Shown: in pieces, positions 8,769 through 18,372 of the stretch
Layout: each line of letters starts with the position of its first letter
How positions within the stretch are numbered: the first letter of the stretch is position 1
IMG/VR virus record: IMGVR_UViG_2617270952_000006
Length of the DNA stretch: 43,639 nt
Direction: 5' to 3' (one strand)
Source of the DNA: a virus
Taxonomy: Duplodnaviria; Heunggongvirae; Uroviricota; Caudoviricetes
Made by a program: the position numbers and the translations under genes
Notes under the pieces: model-generated
What the model was told of the DNA's origin: nothing
Seen by the model: the letters and a program-made list of their open reading frames with translations, nothing else
Database searches by the model: none

Positions 8769-9304
8769 TGCTGCACACAATTCATTTCTTATGCCCCGTT
8801 AACACCGCCACTGTTGGGCAACTTCAGAACCACTGTCTCACCGCATTATCTCAAGGCGCAACTGAATTAAATATCCATATATCAAGTCAGGGAGGGGAAA
8901 CTGCCGCTGGTTTTACTGCGTATAACTTTCTTAAGTCACTCCCTGTTACCGTTAGAACTCACAACATAAGCAATGTTGAATCCATAGCTAATATCGTTTT
9001 CCTGGCTGGCTCAGAACGTTTCGCAAACCCATTATCAAGATTCCTGTTACATCCTCTATTATGGGGCTTTGCCTCCCCAGCCGCCGACCATGCCAGACTG
9101 AGAGAGTACGGGAAATGCCTCGATAACGATCTTGATCGCTTCGTTGAGACGTTCAATATCGACATCGGAACCCATATTAGGTGGGCATCCCTGATAGCAG
9201 ACTCGACCATTTTGGATGCTAACAAGGCTCTTGAGCATGGCATAATTAATTCCATAAAAACTGCAAGGCTGGCATCCAATCAGGCAAACTGGTGGGTTGT
9301 TTGA
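8768..9304 (+). CDS. ClpP-family (peptidase S14-like) serine peptidase homolog
   Basis: By-eye alignment to E. coli ClpP: IHISSQGGETAAG vs INSPGGVITAG; NVESIANIVFLAGSERFANPLSRFLLHPL vs [31 protein letters not shown] (candidate Ser and His aligned); start ATG overlaps mnt stop (TAATG). Confidence 0.65.
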   Translation: MLHTIHFLCPVNTATVGQLQNHCLTALSQGATELNIHISSQGGETAAGFTAYNFLKSLPVTVRTHNISNVESIANIVFLAGSERFANPLSRFLLHPLLWGFASPAADHARLREYGKCLDNDLDRFVETFNIDIGTHIRWASLIADSTILDANKALEHGIINSIKTARLASNQANWWVV

Positions 9305-9360
9305 TGGGTAAATCATGATTACTCCTTATAAAAAACCCACCTGACGGTGGGGTTCATTTC

Positions 9361-9780
9361 TTAATCTTGCTTCGTGGAAGGTATAAGAGATGCATTTGCC
9401 TCTTTTGGCTTCAATGTATACATCCCACCATTAAATGGATCAACAGCAAGCCAACCAATTAACCCACCAAACACAAGGTTTCCACCAATATACCAACCAT
9501 TAGCATTGGCTTTGATTGGCAGGGTAACTGGTTCGTACCCATCCTTCTCCATAGTGATCTGGTAGCTCTTTTTGCCAAAATAGCTACCATCTGACTTGGC
9601 GAGTGTTACACCTTGTGGAGTCTTACCTTGCGCAACAATCACACCCGATTCATCTTTTACCTTAAAGCTCGCGCCAGAAGGATTGCTGTTCACTTGCACA
9701 AGTTGCGTTTCATCACCAACAATAGTTGCGCACCCAGATAACATGATAACGCCAGCAACGACGCTAATAATCCTCTTCAT
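9361..9780 (-). CDS. Lipoprotein with PEGA-like domain and C-terminal glycine-zipper hydrophobic segment
   Basis: Signal peptide with lipobox (MKRIISVVAGVIMLSGC); PEGA-like stretch (..VQVNSNPSGASFKV..GKTPQGVTL..DGYEP..); C-terminal ..WYIGGNLVFGGLIGWLAV..; A+T-rich. Confidence 0.55.
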   Translation of the reverse strand: MKRIISVVAGVIMLSGCATIVGDETQLVQVNSNPSGASFKVKDESGVIVAQGKTPQGVTLAKSDGSYFGKKSYQITMEKDGYEPVTLPIKANANGWYIGGNLVFGGLIGWLAVDPFNGGMYTLKPKEANASLIPSTKQD

Positions 9781-9897
9781 ATCAATTTCCATATTTAAAA
9801 AACCGGAAACATCCTAATGACAAAACATTCAAATGTGAAGTAGGCAAAAGATGTTTACTTTTTTCATGGTATCCTGCTCAAAACTAAGGAGGTTGGT

Positions 9898-10125
9898 GTG
9901 AAGCGATGGTTCCTCATAATTACTGTTTTCGCGATCATTTACACTATTTTCCCTGCATTAAAAGCACCAATGCAAATAATTTCACTAGCAATAATTTCGA
10001 TTGGTGCTTTCATTGCAGTAGCCGTACTTGTGTTTAAGGTTTTAAAGTTTTTAGTTTGGCTATCAAAAGATGATGGATGCAAAGTTCATCAAGAAAAAGA
10101 AGGCAAAATAACCAAAGTTGACTAA
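9898..10125 (+). CDS. Small predicted 2-TM membrane protein
   Basis: 75-aa product with two hydrophobic helices; GTG start 7 nt after AAGGAGG RBS. Confidence 0.45.
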   Translation: MKRWFLIITVFAIIYTIFPALKAPMQIISLAIISIGAFIAVAVLVFKVLKFLVWLSKDDGCKVHQEKEGKITKVD

Positions 10126-12245
10126 CTGTCACTAGCGAGCCATGTAATAATCCCCGTGCGGGCAATGGTTTTTGCTTCATCTGTTGATAAGGTTTTCTCC
10201 CATCTCTTAAATGCCCCAGATTGCATCAGTTTCCTTTCTATTGCGCGTCTCACTTCTGCTCTGTCTACTGGTGCGTTTTGCAGGCGAAATAGCATTGATT
10301 TAAACTCAGGAGAAGATAGCAGAGCATCAGCAGCCTTTATCCTGCTTGTTTTCCCTGACATCAATGCAGACGTTATCACCCCTGTTGCACCTACACCAGG
10401 GAGACCAGATAAGCTTGTAATACCTTCCGCCGCAGCAGCTTTTGAGGCTATTCCATAAATTTTTGCGAGACTACCCTTTTCTTTCAGAAAGTTATTAACT
10501 TGCTGATCCACAAGACTACTAGCATACTGCTTACCAGTATTGAGTCTATTCATAGCCTTAGCTGCTTGATAAATCGTATCAAGGCGCTTTGATGCATCTG
10601 TGCCAATAGCATCACGGAGAGCCTTCATATTGGCCCCATTGCGTGACATTCCGTTATACCATTTTACAAATCCATCAACTCCTAATTGCTGACCAGGTGA
10701 TTTGGCATAGCTGGTAAATGCTTTATTCATTGAGGTGAGCGCAACTTCCTGCCGCATATCCTTTGGAATCGACTTCATTAATTGCCTAAAGTCGCCACCG
10801 TTTCCTTTTGCCATATTAACAACAGCACTTTCAACTTTTGGAATTGCTGATTGCTGAAGTTTTCTACCCAAGACGGTTACAGCATCATCTTCAATGGATT
10901 TTCGTTTTTTTACCAACTCCTTACCAAGCGTCCATAATTCCCCTGCGCCATATTTTTCTGCGACAGCCTGTTGGTCATCTGTTATGGCTGCATATAACTT
11001 TTTAAGAACACCTGTTTCTTCATCCTTGAATGGACCAGAGCCTTTGCCAATAGCTTGTCCAACCTGCTTTCTAGCGAGATCTAAACGCCCATACGTTGGC
11101 AAGGTGTTTGGATCAAGTCGGTTCAATGTCCGCTTCATTATTGGAGATAATTCATCAATTCCACCTATGTCATCAGCAAAATCCTCTAAAAAATTCAATG
11201 TATTAGTTGCCTCAATCCGGTCTCTTACAGGAACCTTTTCGGCAATTTTGTTGTAGATGTTATCTGACTGATTTTGTAATGATGAAATGGTTTTATCAAA
11301 ATTATCTGCAAGCCTGTCAGAAACCAGTTGCTTATCAAGGCTTCCCCCAAATGAAGTTATCATTTCATCAGCTTTTCTTCCTAATTCAGTAATAAAACGC
11401 TTATGCGCCTCACTAATCTCTGTTCCAGGGAGACTTGCCACTGCATTATCAAGAGCCCTGACAGCAGGATTATTAGAGATCATGCCTGGAGTGGCATAAT
11501 TTTCCAGTTCTAGCTCACGAATAGCATTTATCGCGTTAAAATCAGGATTAACTTCATCGGCGAAATCTTGAATAGCTCGTTGCCCGCCGATAAATTTATT
11601 GTCCATTGCGCCAGCAGCTTTCTTTAACGTTGCTTTAGATGATTTACTACCCATCCCTACGGATGAGCGATAAATATCTCCGGCACTATTTTTAATTTTT
11701 CCTGCAATCTTCCCAAGCGCTGGACCAACAATCTCGGCTACAGGGCCAGCCACAGCGCCAATAGCAGCGCCGGAAGCAACATCGCTATTTGTTCCATTGG
11801 CTACAATAGCCCCTTCTCCAGCACCAAGCCCTGCGGCGGCAGCCAGCCTTGCCGCCCCTTTCGGAACCTGAGAAATAATCCCACCACCACTAACAAATGG
11901 CGCTGCTTGTCCAACGAACTCACCAACATCTTGTGCGGTTGATGGTTTTGCCGCTAACTTCTGCTGTAGAGACTGAATTGCGGCTTGCTCTTCTGGTGTC
12001 ATGTCCTGAAACAGGCCAACACCTTTACCAACATCCATCAATCCACTGAGAACGCCATACATAAAACGGTCGAAGCCGTTAGCATTATTAACAACATTTT
12101 CCTGTCTGGAATTTTCCTCTAGTGAAACCAAAGGAGATTGCTGCTGTTCTGGTTGTGCATCAAGCACAAAGCCATCAGGAAGCTGTGAGTTATCAGGCTG
12201 TTCATCCAGAACAAACCCCTCTGGTAAACCTACATTGGTTGCCAT
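10122..12245 (-). CDS. Ejection (E) protein, P22 gp16-like by position and size
   Basis: 707-aa ORF at the distal end of the virion gene block, following gp20-like and gp7-like genes in P22 order. Confidence 0.7.
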   Translation of the reverse strand: MATNVGLPEGFVLDEQPDNSQLPDGFVLDAQPEQQQSPLVSLEENSRQENVVNNANGFDRFMYGVLSGLMDVGKGVGLFQDMTPEEQAAIQSLQQKLAAKPSTAQDVGEFVGQAAPFVSGGGIISQVPKGAARLAAAAGLGAGEGAIVANGTNSDVASGAAIGAVAGPVAEIVGPALGKIAGKIKNSAGDIYRSSVGMGSKSSKATLKKAAGAMDNKFIGGQRAIQDFADEVNPDFNAINAIRELELENYATPGMISNNPAVRALDNAVASLPGTEISEAHKRFITELGRKADEMITSFGGSLDKQLVSDRLADNFDKTISSLQNQSDNIYNKIAEKVPVRDRIEATNTLNFLEDFADDIGGIDELSPIMKRTLNRLDPNTLPTYGRLDLARKQVGQAIGKGSGPFKDEETGVLKKLYAAITDDQQAVAEKYGAGELWTLGKELVKKRKSIEDDAVTVLGRKLQQSAIPKVESAVVNMAKGNGGDFRQLMKSIPKDMRQEVALTSMNKAFTSYAKSPGQQLGVDGFVKWYNGMSRNGANMKALRDAIGTDASKRLDTIYQAAKAMNRLNTGKQYASSLVDQQVNNFLKEKGSLAKIYGIASKAAAAEGITSLSGLPGVGATGVITSALMSGKTSRIKAADALLSSPEFKSMLFRLQNAPVDRAEVRRAIERKLMQSGAFKRWEKTLSTDEAKTIARTGIITWLASDS

Positions 12246-13579
12246 TGTCCGTTCCTGTAAATAATTTTCTGACCAGTTTTAGGATTTTTCGCGGTCATAC
12301 CTTCTCGAAATGTTTGACCGCCAGATGTTGCTTGTTGTGTCTGTTGTTGCGCAGGCTGCTGAATATCTTCATACAGCTTGGCTTTTCTGGATTGCAATTG
12401 CTTAGTTAGTCCGCTGGGGAGAGAATCCCCATAAGTTGAAAGATAATCATCCATTTGCTGATTAAACTTTTCTCCTTCAGTATTTGCCATCAGTTTTGAG
12501 GTGTTGATTAAGTCTTGGACTTGCTCATTATTCAGCATCTTGCCGTTAGATAATTGGCTAACATAGTTACCAAGTGTGCCAAATATTCCATCAGTGCGTT
12601 TTACCTGCACTTGCTCACCTTCGCGTACCACAGATTGCGGATCCAGCGATTTCATATAGTTGAAAATCATTCCCAACTGCGCGGCTGGAGTGTTGCGCTT
12701 CCCAAGGGCTTGTAGGTTGTCAGAAGCACTGCGCATTGCAGAATAATTCTTTGAGAACCCATTAATATCACTATTCAGATCTCGAACAAGTTTTGGGTCA
12801 ATCTTTCCGCTTTCCTGTTGTTTCATCCCTAATTCCTGCAACTTCAGGGCTACGTTATCATTATGCATTTGTGCCCGCTGAGCCCTGTCTAGTTGAGCGT
12901 TTTGGATATTTGCCCATCCTCTCGCGTTCTCCATGTCAGCCTGACGAATGCTTTCATCCAATCGCCCTTTCTCAAGTTGGCGACCAACCATCTTATCCTG
13001 ATAATCCAGCATTTTATCCGGACCAACAGCCCCTAGCGTCATAGTAGTCAGCATGTGTGATAGCTGCTCTGGATTCTGAATACCTGTCTGAATCATCCAG
13101 TCAGCATTCGCCCCCACGCGATTTAACCTGTCCTTGTTGTCAGTAATGAATTTACTGTAGGCTTCCGGTCCCTGAGAAAGAGCGACGTTAGCCCTCATGG
13201 CTAAATCGCCCATATCGTTGCGTTGCTGCTCATTAAGACCGGAAAACGCCTGTTGTGCCTGTGCAACAAACGCTGGATTTTCCTGGGCAAACTTAAATAG
13301 TCCCGATGGATCACCAGAAGCCCATGCATCAGCGTGAACCTTATTGAACGCACTAATCGCTTTCTGTTGCTGTTCCTGATTGTAAATATCAGCAACTCCA
13401 GCCAGACCACGTAACGCGGTCAGACCAACGTTATTTGCCCCTGAGCGAGCCAGTTCATTGTTTTCGCGGATCAGACCAAGCGTTGCGTTAATGTCGCTTG
13501 CCTTTGGCGCATTCTCATTTTGCGTACCGATGCCAGCCAGAAAACCACCAGAATTAATACCCTGTTGCCACGTAGCCAT
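12230..13579 (-). CDS. Ejection protein, P22 gp20-like
   Basis: 449-aa ORF between gp7-like and gp16-like genes; Q/N/A-rich composition typical of P22-like internal proteins. Confidence 0.7.
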   Translation of the reverse strand: MATWQQGINSGGFLAGIGTQNENAPKASDINATLGLIRENNELARSGANNVGLTALRGLAGVADIYNQEQQQKAISAFNKVHADAWASGDPSGLFKFAQENPAFVAQAQQAFSGLNEQQRNDMGDLAMRANVALSQGPEAYSKFITDNKDRLNRVGANADWMIQTGIQNPEQLSHMLTTMTLGAVGPDKMLDYQDKMVGRQLEKGRLDESIRQADMENARGWANIQNAQLDRAQRAQMHNDNVALKLQELGMKQQESGKIDPKLVRDLNSDINGFSKNYSAMRSASDNLQALGKRNTPAAQLGMIFNYMKSLDPQSVVREGEQVQVKRTDGIFGTLGNYVSQLSNGKMLNNEQVQDLINTSKLMANTEGEKFNQQMDDYLSTYGDSLPSGLTKQLQSRKAKLYEDIQQPAQQQTQQATSGGQTFREGMTAKNPKTGQKIIYRNGQWQPM

Positions 13580-13589
13580 TGATTACCCC

Positions 13590-14282
13590 TTAAAACAACG
13601 AGCCAAGCAGACCAAGACCAGCACCGATACCAGCACCCCACGGAGTTGATAGCTCGAGAGCACTGGCTATGCCACCACCCAAAAGCGCACCGGATGCAGC
13701 ACCACTAACCCCCTGCTGCAATGCTGACGGTCGGTTGGCGTTTGCCGCTGCAAGAGCCGCGCTTTGCTGTGAAATCTGACTCATGTTGTTGGCATATGTT
13801 TGCCCGGCGTTTGCCTGACCTTGCAGTGCGCCAAGACCAATATTTGCCAGATTCTGGTAGTTGTTCATCTGACCAGATAGCCATTGCTGACCAAGCGTTG
13901 GTGCGATTGTTGCTAACTGATTACTGGTTGCGGTGGAACCCAATCCACCTGTTGCTTCCGCTGCCGCCAGACTCTGATAGCGAGCCTGACCAGCAAGATC
14001 TTTGTACTGCTGAGAGTTGTAATACTGGTTAAGCGCCTGACCTTGCCCCTCCAGAGACGATAAGTTTTCGAGGCTTACGACATACTTATCAGCCAGAGGA
14101 GTAAACGGCTTCAGGTTGTTCATGATGGTGTTGAACTGCTGATTTTGCAGGTCTGCTGCATACTTCTGAGCTTCTGCGGCATACTTTGCGCTTTTATCAG
14201 AACTGCCACCTTTCCCACCCTTTTCAGGGCAATAAGGTTCCTCGCCGCGCAGTTTTCTGCCCAGCTTAAATGCATATAACAT
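13590..14282 (-). CDS. Ejection protein, P22 gp7-like
   Basis: 230-aa G/A/Q-rich protein (P22 gp7 is ~229 aa) in conserved position. Confidence 0.7.
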   Translation of the reverse strand: MLYAFKLGRKLRGEEPYCPEKGGKGGSSDKSAKYAAEAQKYAADLQNQQFNTIMNNLKPFTPLADKYVVSLENLSSLEGQGQALNQYYNSQQYKDLAGQARYQSLAAAEATGGLGSTATSNQLATIAPTLGQQWLSGQMNNYQNLANIGLGALQGQANAGQTYANNMSQISQQSAALAAANANRPSALQQGVSGAASGALLGGGIASALELSTPWGAGIGAGLGLLGSLF

Positions 14283-14284
14283 GG

Positions 14285-14740
14285 CTATCTCCCGTGATTC
14301 AGGAAGTCGATTAGTTCTTCGCGTGTGGCGCTGTAAAACGTCACGTCATCCACGCCTTTGAAGTATTTCTTGATGGTTCCTACACGCTTAAGGCCAATCA
14401 TTGCGCAGTACATCTGCCCGTGGCGGAATTTGCGCGCAGCGAACGATGTGACGCACTGAACGGTGGTGTTAGTCAGAATGTATCGCCAGAACGCCAGCCC
14501 GATTTCCTTGCTGAATCCACGAACCTCTGGCAGGTACATGGCGTGGCAATCAAAGGTCAAAGGCTGAATCTCCTGATAGTAAACAATGCCGCCGAACTGC
14601 CCGTGCACGTTCACCTCGAAGTAACGGCATTCAGGCTTGTAGTCGTATCCATCACCGTTGTTGCTCCCGGCGATAATGTCGGGGGGATTTCCCACGGCTT
14701 CTATCAGGTCGATGTTTCGCGTTGGTTTGAACTGAATCAT
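14285..14740 (-). CDS. gp14-like virion assembly/ejection-associated protein (assigned by position)
   Basis: 151-aa ORF between tail needle and gp7-like genes, start overlapping needle stop. Confidence 0.5.
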   Translation of the reverse strand: MIQFKPTRNIDLIEAVGNPPDIIAGSNNGDGYDYKPECRYFEVNVHGQFGGIVYYQEIQPLTFDCHAMYLPEVRGFSKEIGLAFWRYILTNTTVQCVTSFAARKFRHGQMYCAMIGLKRVGTIKKYFKGVDDVTFYSATREELIDFLNHGR

Positions 14741-15588
14741 TACTGCTCCGCGATTATCTTGATGGTTGTGGCAGTAAACGCCGCACCATTCGACTGAATG
14801 GTTAACGTGCTGCCATTTGTGGCAAGAAAGCCGTCTTTATCCACGCTGAAGAACGTAGCTAACAGGATGTTGTCGGTTGTTGTCGCCGCATTACGACTGC
14901 TGACCAACGTGTCAGGAACAGAGCCGGAAAAGGTTAGCTGCATTGACCTGTTGGCGGTTCCGCTGGGCCACGTCCCGACGATCGACAGCTTGAAGAACAA
15001 GGTTTTGTTCTCGTTGAACACAACCATCTTGTTGTTAACGGTGTCGAAGAATGGTGCCAACGTGCCGGATGACGGCGTGAGCGTTTTCAGCAGGCTAACA
15101 AGGTTGGTCGGCGCTGTCGGGATGGTTACAGATACGCCAGAGTAAACAACCTCTGACTTCTTGCGAGTAGTGGCATACTCCAGAGCATCGATGCGCGTTT
15201 CATGGTCTGAAAGCGTATTTTGAATGGCGACAACTTCATCCGTCAGGTAATCAATATCGTTTTCTGCTGTCGTTAATCGTGAATCAAGGCCGACTATCGC
15301 CGCTTCTGCGTTAGTGATCCTTGTTTCGTGGTCCTGAATCTTAGTTTCAGCTGATGCCAGTCGAATTTCGTGATCGACAAGAATCACATCCTGCTCATCG
15401 TTCCTGACTTGTGCGTCATAAGCGCCCTGTCCGGCCTCGTTGGCTTTGTTAGCCACGTTACCAACATCAGTGCCCTGTGCGATAACGTAAAGCAGATACG
15501 ACTGCGAGAAGATATTGCGTGGAAGGACTGATGTGTCGAGCCGTGTAGCCTGAATGATTACCGGCACATTGAGATTCGAATCCGCCAT
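14740..15588 (-). CDS. Tail needle (P22 gp26-like) with C-terminal knob domain
   Basis: N-terminus [62 protein letters not shown] closely parallels P22 gp26; 282 aa with extra C-terminal domain as in Sf6-type needles. Confidence 0.85.
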   Translation of the reverse strand: MADSNLNVPVIIQATRLDTSVLPRNIFSQSYLLYVIAQGTDVGNVANKANEAGQGAYDAQVRNDEQDVILVDHEIRLASAETKIQDHETRITNAEAAIVGLDSRLTTAENDIDYLTDEVVAIQNTLSDHETRIDALEYATTRKKSEVVYSGVSVTIPTAPTNLVSLLKTLTPSSGTLAPFFDTVNNKMVVFNENKTLFFKLSIVGTWPSGTANRSMQLTFSGSVPDTLVSSRNAATTTDNILLATFFSVDKDGFLATNGSTLTIQSNGAAFTATTIKIIAEQ

Positions 15589-17015
15589 TACTCAATCCTT
15601 ATCTGAGCGCCAGACAGAGTGACAGGTGACTTCGTGATAACGCGCAATTTGAAGCCGACATTTTTCCTGATGCGTCCGACACGCTTCCACAAAACGCGTT
15701 TGTCGTAAACGAACGGTTCATTCTGCTCAATCATCTGCTCACGACCGTAATTGATGCCGTCAGTGGTTGCAGAGAGGAACAGGCGGTCAGCATACTGCGC
15801 AACACCAGTCGATGATTCCACCTCCAGATCAAAGCATCTGGCGTTATCCGCTTTGAACAACGGAGTAAACAGCAGGTGTTCCTGCTGCTTGTCGTACTGG
15901 CTGCTGATATCGAACTGTAATTTCCCGGTCACGGATTCCAGCTTATCGCCGCACGTTATCTGATTGCCTTCGTAAATGAAGTCGATAGCGCGGTACACAT
16001 CGTCATACAGTCCTGTTTTCAGTACGCACCATTGCGGACCATTGGCGCTTGAAGATGCGTCGTACACGAGAACATGGCGCGGAAGGTGGATAATCAGCAA
16101 CTCATGAGCATCAAATCGCAGCGATTCCATCACACCATCAGCCAGCTCATCAGCAGTGTAGGAGCGGAGTATTTTCTCAATGCTCGCGCTGGCGATTGGT
16201 GACACCTGACCGGAGCCGATAATGTATACAGACGGCGCACCCGTTGCCGGATTGCTGATAAACGCATAGGAATCAGCAAACGGCGTTTTGCAGTAAGTTC
16301 CGGCGATGCCTTTTTGCACCATCAGTGATGGCTGTGCGACATACAAAGCAGCACCAACGGTGGTTGCGCCAGTCAGGGAGAAATATTCAATCGTCGATGA
16401 ACCAAAGCAGACGATGAAGTCTCGCCATGTGCCGATACCGATGATGCCGTCCGGCTGCGACTCGGCACGATATTGTGCGCTGTAACGGTCAGGATGCGAT
16501 TCGTCTTCAAGGTCAGTGATAAACCATGAATCAGTGCCGTCTTTTGACCACGCATAACGCCCACGCAAGCGCGTAATGTCACGAACCGAACCTAACTCAT
16601 ACTGAGTGAATCCGCTATCTGCAGGCCAGTTTGAGACGGTTTTAACCGTTCCATCATAGCGATACTCGACCAGTTGACCATTAAAGCCTACAGCCTGAGA
16701 TGTTCGACCATGCGCCATTGATACGCGACCACTTCCGGCAACATCACCGACCTCGCTTTCGCCCTTATACAGCTTGCCACCACACACGCGATAAACAGCA
16801 TTCTGCGCCATGTTGTACTCGACGCCTCGCGATACGCCGTTCACATCAGAACGTTTGGCAATGCCCGGGAATGAGCGAAGATATCCCGATGAATTCAACA
16901 CCTCCTTGGGCGTAGCTAAAAGATTGACTGGAAGTTGGTCTATATAATCAGCATTAACCGAACTTTTCCCCAAGCCCTTCATTAGTGGTAGTTGTTGTAT
17001 TGCCATTGGAATCAA
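15588..17015 (-). CDS. Tail hub protein (P22 gp10-like)
   Basis: 475-aa product matching P22 gp10 along its length (..IQQLP.MKG.GK...[29 protein letters not shown]..); exact start uncertain. Confidence 0.9.
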   Translation of the reverse strand: MIPMAIQQLPLMKGLGKSSVNADYIDQLPVNLLATPKEVLNSSGYLRSFPGIAKRSDVNGVSRGVEYNMAQNAVYRVCGGKLYKGESEVGDVAGSGRVSMAHGRTSQAVGFNGQLVEYRYDGTVKTVSNWPADSGFTQYELGSVRDITRLRGRYAWSKDGTDSWFITDLEDESHPDRYSAQYRAESQPDGIIGIGTWRDFIVCFGSSTIEYFSLTGATTVGAALYVAQPSLMVQKGIAGTYCKTPFADSYAFISNPATGAPSVYIIGSGQVSPIASASIEKILRSYTADELADGVMESLRFDAHELLIIHLPRHVLVYDASSSANGPQWCVLKTGLYDDVYRAIDFIYEGNQITCGDKLESVTGKLQFDISSQYDKQQEHLLFTPLFKADNARCFDLEVESSTGVAQYADRLFLSATTDGINYGREQMIEQNEPFVYDKRVLWKRVGRIRKNVGFKLRVITKSPVTLSGAQIRIE

Positions 17016-17538
17016 CCTTTATATGAACCCAGTTAGCATCACGCTTTAGCCTACTTGCCCAGGTCTTAGATATCCCGTACTTAGCCGCAATTACTGACAA
17101 GCTTTCTTTTGATGACTTGATTGCAAGAACATCGTCATCACTCAACTTGTGTTTTGGGTGCTTGGTTCCGAAAAACTTGATTGGTTTCTTTAATCCGGTG
17201 GCGTATGCATGTTTTATGTTTTCGCTTTGAGTGCACCACTCAAGATTATTGACGTTATTATTGAGTGGATTGCCATCAATATGATTTACCTGAGGCTTGT
17301 TTTCAGGATTTGGCAGGAATGTCATTGCAACGATTCGATGGGCAAAAGTCCATTTTGCTCCGATATTATAAAGCACCCTTCCCTGATTGATTTTAGGCTT
17401 TAACCAGCGCCCCTTTCTGAGTTGCGTGCTGCCATGCGCAGCCTTAACAACACGTGAGTGAGAATATACCCTGCCATCTTCTGTTACGGCATAAACACCT
17501 TCAAATCCAGGTATATCTTTAGCATTCTCAGAAAGCAT
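16954..17538 (-). CDS. HNH homing endonuclease (free-standing, inserted between gp4 and gp10 genes)
   Basis: 194-aa product with ..IPGFEGVYAVTEDGRVYS.. N-terminal motif and HNH core ..NHIDGNPLNNNVNNLEWCTQSEN..; 3' end overlaps gp10 start by ~60 nt. Confidence 0.75.
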   Translation of the reverse strand: MLSENAKDIPGFEGVYAVTEDGRVYSHSRVVKAAHGSTQLRKGRWLKPKINQGRVLYNIGAKWTFAHRIVAMTFLPNPENKPQVNHIDGNPLNNNVNNLEWCTQSENIKHAYATGLKKPIKFFGTKHPKHKLSDDDVLAIKSSKESLSVIAAKYGISKTWASRLKRDANWVHIKVDSNGNTTTTTNEGLGEKFG

Positions 17539-17687
17539 ATCTACTCCTTAAAGTTTCGATTTTTCATGTACTTATTATATCAAAATTGCCAACATATTCA
17601 CTGGCAGATAGTCGATATAGTCGGCGTTTCGAAAGTCTTTGCCGACACCTTTCATAAGCGGAAGTTGCTGAATAGTCATTTATTCAC

Positions 17688-18170
17688 CTATGCGTTTGGG
17701 ATATCGCCATCAATCAGAGGGAGATCGCGTGGATAATATCGGTCAGATGTGAACACGTCATATTTATTACCCTGTCCTACAGGAAAATCTCCACGTCGTC
17801 GTATTGAAGGAACAACCAGAGTGTCGGTCATCAAGGCATCATATGAGCGTTGGGCGTTACTGAGAACTTGCGGAGTTGGTTCAAGGCTGTAATCAGATAG
17901 CATTCTCAGCAATAACTGATAGCCTACAGCGTGTTTGTATTTTCTTGGAAGACCTGACTCATCATCTGGTAATGGCTGCTCATCTCCAGTTGCGAAAGCG
18001 TAACCAATGTCGCCGGGGTTAATCATCCACTCGGACATCATATCTTCCAGATCAATTACACCATCTTCAATTGATTGCGGCTCAACATCAGTCAGCGATG
18101 CATTAGAAGCAATAGCAAACTTACGAAGCGCAAAAAGGACGATCTCACCCTTTGTCAGTACTGTTGCCAT
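17688..18170 (-). CDS. Head completion / tail adaptor protein (P22 gp4-like)
   Basis: 160-aa product in conserved position after coat gene, similar size to P22 gp4. Confidence 0.8.
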   Translation of the reverse strand: MATVLTKGEIVLFALRKFAIASNASLTDVEPQSIEDGVIDLEDMMSEWMINPGDIGYAFATGDEQPLPDDESGLPRKYKHAVGYQLLLRMLSDYSLEPTPQVLSNAQRSYDALMTDTLVVPSIRRRGDFPVGQGNKYDVFTSDRYYPRDLPLIDGDIPNA

Positions 18171-18330
18171 TGTCTGCCGCCTTACGACCTCGCTTACTGG
18201 TCGGTTTCAATTCATCAACTGAGGCAACAAAGCCCAACTTTTCGAAAAACTGGAAGTCTTTTTCTGCGATAACGGCCTGTACATGCCCGGATTCGTTATC
18301 TGCGGCAAGGAATACACTCATGCGATCCAT
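18145..18330 (-). CDS. Small hypothetical protein between coat and gp4 genes
   Basis: 61-aa ORF filling the coat-gp4 gap on the coding strand; no recognisable motif. Confidence 0.4.
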   Translation of the reverse strand: MDRMSVFLAADNESGHVQAVIAEKDFQFFEKLGFVASVDELKPTSKRGRKAADNGNSTDKG

Positions 18331-18372
18331 ATTGTTTCCTTAAAACATAAAAGGGGCGGAAGCCCCTTGTTA

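Noticed and set aside
9059-9316. 85-aa minus-strand ORF
   Set aside because: Antisense within the ClpP-like gene, which has the stronger coding evidence.
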